Part shown: positions 8,815 to 18,279 of the stretch, piece by piece | How positions within the stretch are numbered: position 1 is the first letter of the stretch | How the letters are laid out: every line of letters begins with the position of its first letter | Source of the DNA: Candidatus Atelocyanobacterium thalassa isolate ALOHA | GTDB lineage: Bacteria; Cyanobacteriota; Cyanobacteriia; Cyanobacteriales; Microcystaceae | DNA length: 32,000 bases | Direction of reading: 5' to 3' | NCBI RefSeq assembly: GCF_000025125.1 | Contig: NC_013771.1 | Span: forward strand, 1,290,001 to 1,322,000 | The notes under the pieces: model-generated | The model's input: the letters and a program-made list of their open reading frames with translations, nothing else | Database searches by the model: none | What the model was told of the DNA's origin: nothing | Position numbers and translations under genes: made by a program

Positions 8815-9855
8815 TTAATCTTGTTTAGCAATAGAAATCCAAGGATCCAAAATGTCTTTAAACAAGATCTCTTCAAACCATGTTTTAGCAACTACTGCTA
8901 AAGGAAGAGCTAACAACAAGCCTAATACTCCAAAAAATTGAGCAAAAAATATTTGTACTATTAAGGTAACTACAGGCAATAACGAGACTTGTTTAGCCAT
9001 TACCAAAGGAGTTAACCAATAACTTTCAACATTTTGAATAACAATATACCAAAGAATAATTGCTCCGATCTTCCAAGGTTCATCTAGCAAAGCTACCATA
9101 AGTGGAAAAATTACACTTGTAACTGGGCCAATATTAGGAATAAAATTAAGAAGTCCTGCCAATAATGCATGAACTAATACTAGTCTAATTTGTAGAAACC
9201 ATAAACCCAATCCGCTTAAAGTCCCAATAAATAGACAATTTACAACAATTCCTATTAACCAATTTCCTAGTGCATTTTCTGAGAGTGTTAAAATTTCGTC
9301 TCCACGTTGTCGATAAAATGATGGGAAAAGCTTCAAAAATATATGACGATACCTGTGAGGATTTAAAATCATCATTATTGTTAATATAAAAATAAAAACA
9401 AGTTGCAAAATGATTGTTAAAGAATTTGAAAAGATTATAAAAAAGTTTGAGAAAATATCTGTGAATAGAGGTTGTAACTGAGAGAATAAATCATCTAAGG
9501 AAGGCGGTGAGGGCATTAAAGATAAATAACCTTGATTTTCTAAAAGTAAAATTAAATAACCACGCAGCTTTTCCCCAATATTAGGTAGTAAGCTTAGTAA
9601 TTTTTGAAATTGATCTAGAAAAGGAGGAACTATTAACCAGCTGAACAAAATAGTTGCTATTGTGATTGTTAAAATTATGACTAAAATACCTAAAATTCTT
9701 GGAATTTTTATCTTTTCTAGTAATTTAACCAATCTATTTATAGCTGTTGCAAAGATAACAGCTGTAAATATTAATAATAATATATGCTTGATTTCCCATA
9801 AAACATAACAAGAAATAACTAAACTAAATAATCCTATCCATTTACCAATATTCAT
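8815..9855 (-). CDS. AI-2E family transporter (PerM / UPF0118 permease)
   Basis: 346 aa and polytopic. Architecture and the C-terminal segment ...LNFIPNIGPV...YWLTPLVM...LLALPL are typical of UPF0118/AI-2E permeases. Confidence 0.8.
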   Translation of the reverse strand: MNIGKWIGLFSLVISCYVLWEIKHILLLIFTAVIFATAINRLVKLLEKIKIPRILGILVIILTITIATILFSWLIVPPFLDQFQKLLSLLPNIGEKLRGYLILLLENQGYLSLMPSPPSLDDLFSQLQPLFTDIFSNFFIIFSNSLTIILQLVFIFILTIMMILNPHRYRHIFLKLFPSFYRQRGDEILTLSENALGNWLIGIVVNCLFIGTLSGLGLWFLQIRLVLVHALLAGLLNFIPNIGPVTSVIFPLMVALLDEPWKIGAIILWYIVIQNVESYWLTPLVMAKQVSLLPVVTLIVQIFFAQFFGVLGLLLALPLAVVAKTWFEEILFKDILDPWISIAKQD

Positions 9856-10330
9856 GAAAATAAAATGTAATTTTTTATTTAAGCTAATATTTAGAAATAT
9901 CTTTTGATAATTTAATAATTATATACATCTGCTGTCTTAATAATTATCTAAATTGAATGTTTTTTTATTATCTAAAATAACTAACATAGAGTATTCAATC
10001 GTTTTTTCCTAAGTATTTTTATATGATTTCTCTGCTTTAATCTGTAATTCTATAATCATATTTCCATTTACTTATAAATCCAAATCTTATTCAAATTAAC
10101 TACATTTCATTATAGAAAGATATTTTGAGCTTACAATTTCTGTCTAATATAATATTTATATTATGACAATGAACTTAATACATAAGTTTAAAAATAATTT
10201 TAACTAATTAAAGCTATTTCAAAAATGAACAAGGAATAATTACGATACACTTGCCTTAGTGTATAAAAAATGATGATATATAAGTTTACATAGAAAATTT
10301 ACATTAACTATTATTTAAAAAAAAACGTTT

Positions 10331-11065
10331 ATGATTGATATTAAAGCTGTAATTTTAGCAGGTGGGTATGGAACTAGAATTAAACATTTAATTTCTGATA
10401 TTCCTAAGCCAATGTTTCGAGTTGCTGAAAAGCCATTCATAGAATGGATAATTTCTTATCTTAAACAACAAGGAATTAAGCAAGGAATCATATCAACCGG
10501 TTACTTAGGAGAGGTTATTGAGGAATATTTCAATCAACATAAAATAAGTGGGATAGATATTAATTGCTATCAAGAAAAAACACAATTAGGAACAGCAGGA
10601 GGATTTATCCATGCTGTTAAACAAAGTGGTTTATCTCCTGAAGCATGGTTAGTTATGAATGGTGATTCTCTAATAGCCAGTAATTTAGAAAAGTTAATTA
10701 GCTATTTAGACATTGAAGAAGTAGGATGTGTCATATTAGGAATGTCCGTAAACGATACTTCTCGTTATGGTTCTCTAATTTTTGATGATTCTAATAATTT
10801 GCTCCGTTTTTCTGAGAAGGAGAATGGTCAAGGATTCATTAATGGAGGAATATATCTATTCCGTCATAAAATTTTAGAATATTTTCCTTCAAAATATCCT
10901 CTTAGTTTTGAGTATGATATTTTCCCAACGTTGTTACAACAAAATATTAAGATTAAAGTTTGCGAAGTTCAATCTCCATTTTTAGATATTGGAACTCCAG
11001 AAACTTTAATGCAAGCTGAAAAATTTATTAAAGAAAACTTTACTAATTTAATTAAACCATGCTGA
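10331..11065 (+). CDS. sugar-phosphate nucleotidyltransferase (HddC-like D-glycero-D-manno-heptose 1-phosphate guanylyltransferase family)
   Basis: 244 aa. N-terminal AVILAGGYGTRIKxLxxDIPKPM nucleotidyltransferase signature; GTAGG and NGDS motifs. It overlaps the following GHMP kinase gene. Confidence 0.75.
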   Translation: MIDIKAVILAGGYGTRIKHLISDIPKPMFRVAEKPFIEWIISYLKQQGIKQGIISTGYLGEVIEEYFNQHKISGIDINCYQEKTQLGTAGGFIHAVKQSGLSPEAWLVMNGDSLIASNLEKLISYLDIEEVGCVILGMSVNDTSRYGSLIFDDSNNLLRFSEKENGQGFINGGIYLFRHKILEYFPSKYPLSFEYDIFPTLLQQNIKIKVCEVQSPFLDIGTPETLMQAEKFIKENFTNLIKPC

Positions 11066-12039
11066 TTGCACGTGCCCCTGTTAGAATAAGCTTTTTTGGA
11101 GGAGGAACAGATTATCCTGAATATTTTCTTCGTCATGGAGGAGCTGTTTTATCAACAGCAATTGATAAATTTTCATATGTAACTGCAAGTCCTTTCCCTA
11201 GTCATTTATTCGATTACTTAGTTCGCATATCTTATCGTAAAGTTGAATTAGTTAAAACGATTGATCATATTGAGCATAAAGTGTTTCGTGAATGCCTAAA
11301 GTTTTGTAACTTGGAAAAAGATATTGAGTTACACAACGTAGCAGATTTACCAGCTTTTACAGGACTTGGTTCATCCTCAGCTTTCACTGTATCGTTGCTA
11401 CAAGCACTTCATAATTTTAAAGGTGAATTTATTAAGCCTTTAGATTTGGCTTATGAAGCAATTTATGTAGAACGTCATCTAGTTCAGGATCATGTAGGAT
11501 GTCAAGATCAATTAATGTCTGCAGTGGGGGGATTTAATTTAGTAGAATTTAGAACAGAAGAAGATATTATTGTTAATAGAGTAGATATCTCTCCTCAAAG
11601 ACTAGCTGAATTTGAGTCTCATATTTTTATTGTATTTACAGGTATTAAAAGACGTGCTTCTCACGTGGTAAAAAAGCAACTTAAACGAGTAGAAGATAAT
11701 CACGAAACTCTTAAAAAGATGCGTAAAATGGTTGATCAAGGTTGGGATATCCTTACTAACAATGAACCGTTTTCAAAATTTGGTGAGTTATTACATGAAG
11801 CTTGGATAGCCAAAAGAAGTTTAGATCAAAGTATTTCAAATTCAGAAATAGATTATATGTATGAACTGGGGCGAGAAAATGGAGCTTGGGGCGGTAAGCT
11901 TTTAGGAGCAGGTGCAGGTGGATTTTTATTATTTTTTGCGCCACCTGAAATTCATCCAAAACTAAAACAAGTTTTTACAAATCATGAAATACTTTCTATT
12001 AAAATTAACTCACCAGGTTCCCAGGTTATTTTTTCATAA
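11059..12039 (+). CDS. GHMP-family sugar kinase (HddA-like D-glycero-D-manno-heptose 7-phosphate kinase family)
   Basis: 326 aa. N-terminal RAPVRISFFGGGTDYPEY; GHMP ATP motif LPAFTGLGSSSAF; C-terminal KLLGAGAGGFLLFF. Its start ATG overlaps the upstream stop (ATGCTGA). Confidence 0.78.
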   Translation: MLIARAPVRISFFGGGTDYPEYFLRHGGAVLSTAIDKFSYVTASPFPSHLFDYLVRISYRKVELVKTIDHIEHKVFRECLKFCNLEKDIELHNVADLPAFTGLGSSSAFTVSLLQALHNFKGEFIKPLDLAYEAIYVERHLVQDHVGCQDQLMSAVGGFNLVEFRTEEDIIVNRVDISPQRLAEFESHIFIVFTGIKRRASHVVKKQLKRVEDNHETLKKMRKMVDQGWDILTNNEPFSKFGELLHEAWIAKRSLDQSISNSEIDYMYELGRENGAWGGKLLGAGAGGFLLFFAPPEIHPKLKQVFTNHEILSIKINSPGSQVIFS

Positions 12040-12063
12040 GCTTATAGCAAAATGTATAGAAAC

Positions 12064-12083
12064 TAAGAACCATATGGTTCTTA
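12064..12083 (+). terminator. hairpin downstream of the GHMP kinase gene
   Basis: Palindrome TAAGAACC-atat-GGTTCTTA located 25 nt after the stop at 12039, followed by a T/A-rich tract. Confidence 0.5.
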
Positions 12084-12290
12084 TATATTAATAGTTTAAA
12101 TATAAATAAAGCTCTTTTTGATTAGATCATAAAAGATTAATTAGTAATAATCACTCAATTATCTTGAAAATTTTTAATAGCTTAGGATAGTTAATTATTA
12201 CTCAACAAAGAAGTAGTACTTAAACAAATTAGTGTATTGGTAAGCATATAATATTAAAACAAAATAGTTTAAAACAAAACAATTGATCAT

Positions 12291-12842
12291 ATGCTTGGAT
12301 CTATTAATATTCATCGTATTAAAAATCTCCTGATTTCCATCATTGCTGTCATTCTTGGAATAACTATATTTTTTGGCTTCCAAACTCAGATACATTCTTC
12401 TTCTTTAGAATCTCAATCTAAACAGGCTATTTCTATGGATGAGGCAATGACTAATGGCAAACCAACAGTACTAGAATTTTACTCTACATGGTGTGCAAGC
12501 TGTAAAGCAATGGGTCCAAATCTAGCTAAACTTAAAGAGGAATATGCTGAGACTATTAATTTCACTATGCTTAACGTAGATAATAATAAATGGTTGCCTG
12601 ATATTCTCCATTATCAAATCAATGGTATTCCAACTTTTATTTTTATGAGTCACACAAACGAAGTAGTTGCTAAAAGTATTGGAGAGCAACCTTTTGAAAT
12701 TATGAAAGCCAATTTAGAGGCTTTAATTAAAGATAAAAAATTACCTTACAGTTATATGACTGGCAAAACATCCAACTTTTCTAGTACCATTCAAAAATCT
12801 TCAGATAGTCCATTAAACCATAGCTATAAATCTTTAAACTAG
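12291..12842 (+). CDS. txlA: membrane-anchored thioredoxin-like protein (TxlA type)
   Basis: 183 aa. N-terminal TM anchor, then a thioredoxin fold with the redox motif WCASC (EFYSTWCASCKAMGP) and GIPTFIF. Confidence 0.8.
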   Translation: MLGSINIHRIKNLLISIIAVILGITIFFGFQTQIHSSSLESQSKQAISMDEAMTNGKPTVLEFYSTWCASCKAMGPNLAKLKEEYAETINFTMLNVDNNKWLPDILHYQINGIPTFIFMSHTNEVVAKSIGEQPFEIMKANLEALIKDKKLPYSYMTGKTSNFSSTIQKSSDSPLNHSYKSLN

Positions 12843-12880
12843 TCTTTGAAATAATTATTGTTTTTTATTTTGTGTTATTA

Positions 12881-13135
12881 TACCCCTACGAACTGCTGTC
12901 TTGGTGACTGCCAAAAAAGTTTTTTGACTATGCTCTAAATTTAAGGGCTTTAATTTTAGGTATCGTAGCAGTAAACCGAGCTTAGACTTGGGAACAGAGT
13001 CGATAACCAATCAATGCCCACCTGGTCTTCCAGGTCATAAACTGAGGTAAAACGATGCAGCGGTTCTTAAGTGATACATACATCACAAAGGATGTATGGC
13101 AAACTAGGGTGTTAAAGGTAACTCTAAAGCAACAA
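12881..13135 (+). ncRNA. candidate structured non-coding RNA of unassigned family (alternatively a gene relic)
   Basis: GC is about 43-45% over 12961..13080, against clearly lower GC in the surrounding spacers. No ORF reaches 60 aa. Helices found: 12890-12898 with 13058-13066 (9 bp including one G-U); hairpins CCGAG-cuuaga-CUUGG (12975-12990), ACCUGG-ucuu-CCAGGU (13020-13036) and CAUACAUC-acaaag-GAUGUAUG (13077-13098). The G-U pairs are only valid on the plus strand. A strong terminator follows. Confidence 0.3.
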
Positions 13136-13150
13136 TTTAGTTATTAATAA

Positions 13151-13206
13151 AATATACAAAAATCTTGCGATAGCTATTTAAAGCCATTGCAAGATTTTTG
13201 TATATT
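13151..13206. terminator. bidirectional intrinsic-terminator-like hairpin (ndhH 3' end / plus-strand island)
   Basis: 18-bp perfect inverted repeat AATATACAAAAATCTTGC ... GCAAGATTTTTGTATATT with a 20-nt loop, 9 nt beyond the ndhH stop. T-rich tracts flank it on both strands. Confidence 0.65.
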
Positions 13207-13214
13207 ATCCGTAA

Positions 13215-14399
13215 TTAGCGATCTACTGAACCCATGATGACGTCAATGCTGCCTAAAATTGCCATAATATCAGCCACTTTTACTCCCTTAAGTAAATGAG
13301 GTAGAATTTGCAAATTATTGAAATCAGGAGCACGAATTTTCCAGCGCCATGGGAAAACATCGTTGTTACCAATAATAAAGATTCCTAATTCTCCTTTTCC
13401 ACTTTCTAGACGAACATAATGTTCACCGGATGGAATTTTAAATGTAGGAGCAACTTTTTTAGCTATGTATTGATAGTCAAAATCGTCCCACTGAGACTTT
13501 TTCCCTTCTATCATACGCTTAGCTTCTAAATTTTCATAGGGTCCTCCTGGAATGCCTTTAAGCGCCTGAGAAAGAATTTTAACTGATTCACGCATTTCTT
13601 TAATACGAACGAAATAGCGAGCTAAGCAGTCTCCTTCTGTTTCCCACTGTATATCCCAGTCAAAGTCATCATAACATTCATAATGATCAACTTTTCGAAG
13701 ATCCCATTTCACTCCAGAGCCACGTAACATAGGGCCAGAAAGCCCCCAGTTGATAGCATCTTCGCGAGCAATTTTTCCTATTCCCTCTATACGACGCCGA
13801 AAGATAGGATTGTTGGTGATTAACTTCTCGTATTCATCTACTTTAGTTTTAAAGTGATTACAAAAGTCTTCACACTTATCGATCCATCCATATGGCAAAT
13901 CAACTGCTACTCCTCCAATACGGAAATAATTATTATTAATCAATCTCATTCCCGAAGCTGCTTCCCAGAGATCGTAAATCATTTCACGTTCTCGGAAAAT
14001 ATAGAAGAAAGGAGTTGTAGCACCTACATCTGCCAGGAAAGGGCCTAGCCATAATAAATGATTAGCGATACGATTTAGTTCCAACATAATAACCCGAATA
14101 TACTGGGCTCGTTTTGGAACTTTAATATTTGCCAGTTTTTCTGGCGCATTTACAGTGATCGCCTCATTAAACATTCCAGCCGCATAGTCCCAACGACTTA
14201 CATAAGGAACGTACATAATATTAGTACGATTTTCTGCAATTTTCTCCATCCCACGGTGAAGATACCCAATAACAGGTTCACAGTCGACTACATCTTCCCC
14301 GTCTAGGGTAACGATCAGACGTAGTACCCCATGCATTGAGGGATGATGTGGCCCCATGTTAATTACCATGGGTTCGGTTCTAGTTTCGATTTTTGACAT
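13215..14399 (-). CDS. ndhH: NAD(P)H-quinone oxidoreductase (NDH-1) subunit H
   Basis: 394 aa, near-identical in recognisable blocks to cyanobacterial NdhH ([45 protein letters not shown]..., C-terminal [14 protein letters not shown]). Confidence 0.97.
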   Translation of the reverse strand: MSKIETRTEPMVINMGPHHPSMHGVLRLIVTLDGEDVVDCEPVIGYLHRGMEKIAENRTNIMYVPYVSRWDYAAGMFNEAITVNAPEKLANIKVPKRAQYIRVIMLELNRIANHLLWLGPFLADVGATTPFFYIFREREMIYDLWEAASGMRLINNNYFRIGGVAVDLPYGWIDKCEDFCNHFKTKVDEYEKLITNNPIFRRRIEGIGKIAREDAINWGLSGPMLRGSGVKWDLRKVDHYECYDDFDWDIQWETEGDCLARYFVRIKEMRESVKILSQALKGIPGGPYENLEAKRMIEGKKSQWDDFDYQYIAKKVAPTFKIPSGEHYVRLESGKGELGIFIIGNNDVFPWRWKIRAPDFNNLQILPHLLKGVKVADIMAILGSIDVIMGSVDR

Positions 14400-14951
14400 A
14401 GAGTGGCCAGTTGATCGTCATCATCTATTTTAGAATAATAGGGCAGCTTTCACATAACTTTGCGGCAAAAATTATCTTGATACATTAAAAATAATTTTAA
14501 CAATCTAATAATTGAAGGTAACAATTGTGAACTAAATGAATAAGCTACTACTTAGTGACTATTAATTTCATAACTATTTCTAAAAATATCATTACTTATG
14601 GCTACCATCGCACATTGCATAACGAATTTCTTCTACTAATTTAGATTATGGAATATTAAATTAGTAAGAAGTTTGATATGTCTTCTGGAAGATAATTATT
14701 ATAAAAAGCAGAATGATTTTTTATTTAAAATAAGAATTAAACTATATTAAACAAATTATATAATTCTATTTTTTACACAATCGAGTAAAAAATATTTTTC
14801 AAATAATCATAGCTCTTAGTATTTTTGAAAAATTATTCAGATTTAATAATTATTTTTTATATCTTTTCAACATAATTCGAACTTTTGTGTTAACGTTCGA
14901 TAAGCAACAGTTTTCAGGTTTTTTATAACGTTAATCTGGTGATCATAACTT

Positions 14952-16328
14952 ATGCGCATCAGTCTATTAGAGCAAATATTACGTAAAATTAAAATAAAAC
15001 AACGAGATTTAATAAATATAAGTCAAAAAACTCCCAAAAAGGTTAACAGATGGATGAAATGGCTTTCTCCTGGCTTGTTAATTAAGCGTTGGTTATTTAT
15101 TAGTTCTACAGGTGTATTGTTAATAGTTTTGGGATTAGCGATTTGGAGTAAATTAACGCCAGTTAATAGATTGCTAGAATTAATATCTCAACTTCTTGAA
15201 AGTATTACAACTCGTGTCCCTAGTTATATATCTGGTCCAGGAGCTTTCTTATTAGGAATATTTTTACTTTTATGGGGACAAAACCGTACCTTAGTTTCTA
15301 TAACTGAGGCTTTCTCTGGTGGAGATCAAGAGTTAGTTGATCGTCTTCTAAATCATAGACGTTTAAATCGTGGACCTAAAATCGTAGCAATAGGAGGAGG
15401 AACAGGCTTATCTACTTTGTTAAGAGGTTTAAAACAGTATAGTGCAAATATTACAGCTATTGTTACAGTAGCTGATGATGGTGGTTCTTCTGGAAGATTG
15501 CGAGAGGAAATTGGAGTACTACCGCCTGGGGATATTCGTAACTGTATGACTGCTTTAGCTGATGAAGAAAAATTATTAACAGAATTATTTCAATATCGAT
15601 TTCAAGCAGGTGATGGTCTTATTGGTCATAGTTTTGGTAATTTATTTTTAACAGCTATGACAGCAATTACAGGGAAAGACTTTGAAAAAGCAATTGCTGC
15701 AAGTTCTAAAGTTTTAGCGATAAGAGGTAAAGTATTACCAGCAACTTTAAGTGATGTTCGCTTGTGGGCTAAGTTAGATGATAGTCGTTTTATAGAAGGT
15801 GAATCTCACATAACAGATGCTGGAGGAAACATTGTCCAGATTGGTTGTTTCCCCTCTAATCCACCTGCACTACCTGCTGCATTACAGGCAATTAAAGAAG
15901 CGAACTATATAATAATAGGTCCTGGAAGTCTTTACACTAGCGTCATTCCCAATCTTTTAGTTCCAGAAATTAGGGAAGCTCTAAAAAAAGCTAAAATTCC
16001 ACGAATTTACGTTTGTAATATTATGACTCAACCTGGAGAAACTCAGAGTTATACAGTATCTGATCATATAAAAGCTATTAATCAAGTTTGTGGTCAGAAA
16101 ATATTCGATGCAGTTTTAGTACAGCGTGTCCCTCCTTCTTCTCCTGCTTTGGAGCATTATGCTCTAGAAGATTGCTATCCTGTTTTTTTAGACAAAGAAA
16201 ATGTGAAAGGATTAGGATATCGTATAGTTTTAGCTAATGTTATGGATGAAGATTCAATAACAAATAAAATTAGCCATCATCCTCAACGCTTAGCAAGAGT
16301 TTTATTGCGTTGGTATGGAAAAAATTAA
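14952..16328 (+). CDS. YvcK / CofD-like protein (UPF0052, gluconeogenesis-factor family) with an N-terminal membrane extension
   Basis: 458 aa. Motifs [40 protein letters not shown] and [17 protein letters not shown]. The true start could be an internal Met. Confidence 0.82.
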   Translation: MRISLLEQILRKIKIKQRDLINISQKTPKKVNRWMKWLSPGLLIKRWLFISSTGVLLIVLGLAIWSKLTPVNRLLELISQLLESITTRVPSYISGPGAFLLGIFLLLWGQNRTLVSITEAFSGGDQELVDRLLNHRRLNRGPKIVAIGGGTGLSTLLRGLKQYSANITAIVTVADDGGSSGRLREEIGVLPPGDIRNCMTALADEEKLLTELFQYRFQAGDGLIGHSFGNLFLTAMTAITGKDFEKAIAASSKVLAIRGKVLPATLSDVRLWAKLDDSRFIEGESHITDAGGNIVQIGCFPSNPPALPAALQAIKEANYIIIGPGSLYTSVIPNLLVPEIREALKKAKIPRIYVCNIMTQPGETQSYTVSDHIKAINQVCGQKIFDAVLVQRVPPSSPALEHYALEDCYPVFLDKENVKGLGYRIVLANVMDEDSITNKISHHPQRLARVLLRWYGKN

Positions 16329-16701
16329 GAGACTGAAAAAAGTAAAACTATAAGCTATCAAAACATAACAAATACTAAAAAGGTTAATATACTAATTCCT
16401 GCTTTTAGAAACTTTTTTTGTTTGTATCATTTGTCATAATTAGTCTTCATAAAAGTATTTTATTGAATAAGCAAGTGATTTTACATAAATTAATTATTTA
16501 TTTGTGATGTAAAAAACCAACTTATTAAATCCTATGTATAAATTATAAAAAGAAATTAATAGTTAACTTCTGAATTCAAATAAATATTATGAAATAACAT
16601 CTATTTCATAAACTATAATTAGAGTTTAAGCAAAAAATAAAAATTAATTATCGTAAATGATAAGAGAAATTTATTCTTAAAATATTACAAATATTAATAA
16701 T

Positions 16702-18132
16702 ATGACATCGAACCGAGAGAATCCTTTTCTCAATCTCGAATATCAGACTTCTTTAGAAGATTTAGGAGATGAATACTACGATGAAGTAAATGCAACTAGA
16801 TTTCCACAACACACTCTAAGATTTCGTAATAATGATTTATTGAATCATCTGGGATTAATACCCCATGATGTCAAAGATACAGACTTCATCGAAATATTTG
16901 GGGAATTTAGAAAAATACGTCCTTTTTTAGCATTACGTTATCATGGCTATCAATTTGGTGAATATAATCCTTTCCTGGGTGATGGAAGAGGATTTTTATA
17001 TGGACAAGTTAAAGGAGTAAACGGAGAATTATATGATTTCGGAACTAAAGGATCTGGGAAAACGCCTTATTCTCGAGGTGGTGATGGAAAGCTAACTCTT
17101 AAAGGAGGAGTTAGGGAAGTTATTGCAGCAGAAATATTACATAGAGTTGGAGTTAAGACATCTCGATGTCTAAGTTTAATTGAAACAGGGGAAAAATTAT
17201 GGAGAGGAGACGAGCCTTCTCCTACTCGCTCATCAGTAATGGTCAGGATGAGTCGTTCTCATATTCGTTTCGGTACATTTGAACGCCTCTACTATCTTAA
17301 AAGACCTGACTTAATCAAAAAGTTGTTAGATTTTGTAATTAATACTTATTATCCAGATATTGCTTTAGATAACGATCGATATGGCCTATTTTATCAAGAA
17401 CTAGTAAAAAGAAAGGCTAGATTAGTCGCTCATTGGATGGCAGCTGGATTTTGTCATGGGGTGCTCAATACAGATAATATGTCTATTATTGGCGAGAGTT
17501 TTGACTATGGTCCTTATGCTTTTATTGATACATACGATCCGCTCTTTACTTCTGCTTATTTTGATCATGGACGACGTTATAGCTATGGGAACCAACCTGT
17601 AATGGTTCGTACTAATCTAGAAATGTTACAGTTACCATTAATGAGTATTATTCCTCCTAAAGTTTTAGAAACGGGAATCAATCAGTTCAGTTATCACTAT
17701 GAAAATGCGTATCGTGAGGCAATGCTTAAGAAGTTAGGTCTAGTAGGGGTATCTGATCAAGGAAACGAATTACTAGAAACGACTATAGACGTATTAAAAA
17801 CAAGTCAAATTAATTACCATCAGTTTTTTATTTATCTAATTGATAATATAAATAAAAGTTGGTGGGAGAAACCTGCTAATATTTTGCAAGAAATTAATTT
17901 ACCTACAGCCAATTGGGTAAATTGGAAATATATATATAATAAATCTTTAAATCAATATTCTTCGGATCAAATAAGTAGCGTCATTAACAATTTAAATCAG
18001 TTTAATATTAGAGTTCCTTTTCTTAAATCAAAAATAGAATCATTATGGGAATCTATAGTCTATTATGACGATTGGCAGCCTTTTTATCATTTAATACAAA
18101 ATACTATGTCTTCTGAAATCAAAACATTTTGA
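16702..18132 (+). CDS. selO: protein adenylyltransferase SelO (YdiU/UPF0061)
   Basis: 476 aa. Motifs GDGRG, GTKGSGKTPYSRGGDGKLTLKGGVRE and the catalytic segment HGVLNTDNMSIIGESFDYGPYAF, typical of SelO pseudokinase-fold AMPylators. Confidence 0.88.
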   Translation: MTSNRENPFLNLEYQTSLEDLGDEYYDEVNATRFPQHTLRFRNNDLLNHLGLIPHDVKDTDFIEIFGEFRKIRPFLALRYHGYQFGEYNPFLGDGRGFLYGQVKGVNGELYDFGTKGSGKTPYSRGGDGKLTLKGGVREVIAAEILHRVGVKTSRCLSLIETGEKLWRGDEPSPTRSSVMVRMSRSHIRFGTFERLYYLKRPDLIKKLLDFVINTYYPDIALDNDRYGLFYQELVKRKARLVAHWMAAGFCHGVLNTDNMSIIGESFDYGPYAFIDTYDPLFTSAYFDHGRRYSYGNQPVMVRTNLEMLQLPLMSIIPPKVLETGINQFSYHYENAYREAMLKKLGLVGVSDQGNELLETTIDVLKTSQINYHQFFIYLIDNINKSWWEKPANILQEINLPTANWVNWKYIYNKSLNQYSSDQISSVINNLNQFNIRVPFLKSKIESLWESIVYYDDWQPFYHLIQNTMSSEIKTF

Positions 18133-18279
18133 TAGATATTGATTATGCATAATTAATATTTATTAAAATACAAGTCTAGAGTCTTTAATTAAATTTAGAA
18201 TATGTTAATAAAAATTAAAATTGATAATATGACTCATGAGATTTAGAATATAGTTCACCCAACATTCATACAAAAATTC

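Noticed and set aside
11756-11959. 67-aa minus-strand ORF inside the GHMP kinase gene.
   Set aside because: It is antisense to a well-supported CDS and has no motif. The same reasoning applies to 13854..14048 (inside ndhH), 19875..20093 and 20382..20567 (inside DUF2079), and 27901..28086, 27962..28156 and 29266..29448 (inside pheT).
12198-12395. 65-aa minus-strand ORF overlapping the txlA start.
   Set aside because: It runs through an AT-rich spacer and the 5' end of txlA. The composition is Y/N/F-rich low-complexity, with no support.
12881-13135. Attempted assignment of the GC-rich island to RNase P RNA, tmRNA, SRP RNA or 6S RNA.
   Set aside because: - RNase P RNA: no GGAAAGUCCGG or ACAGAA..CCGGCUUA elements.
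- tmRNA: no GGGGCUG 5' end, no alanine-ending tag frame and no T-arm/ACCA 3' end. The minus-strand GACAGCAGUUCG resembles a tmRNA T-arm strand but has no return strand.
- SRP RNA: CCAGGUCA ... GCAGC resembles domain IV strands, but there is no GNRA-capped helix between them.
- 6S RNA: the region does not fold into a rod with a closing stem.

It is left unassigned.
14871-14935. The TTCGAA-containing stretch and repeated TAACGTT motifs upstream of the YvcK-like gene, checked as a possible tRNA or operator.
   Set aside because: There is no GGTTCGAATCC-type T-arm, acceptor stem or anticodon arm. The repeats are short (7 nt) and imperfectly spaced. No tRNA-like sequence was seen anywhere in the window.
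18133-18279. Glycine riboswitch upstream of gcvT. Also checked: a cobalamin riboswitch upstream of cobU (3675..3926) and a TPP riboswitch upstream of the ThiO-like gene (3010..3125).
   Set aside because: None of the conserved cores is present (GGAGAG...CACCG, the B12 box GCCACUG, or CUGAGA...ACCUGAUCUGGAUAAUGC). These regions are featureless AT-rich DNA.
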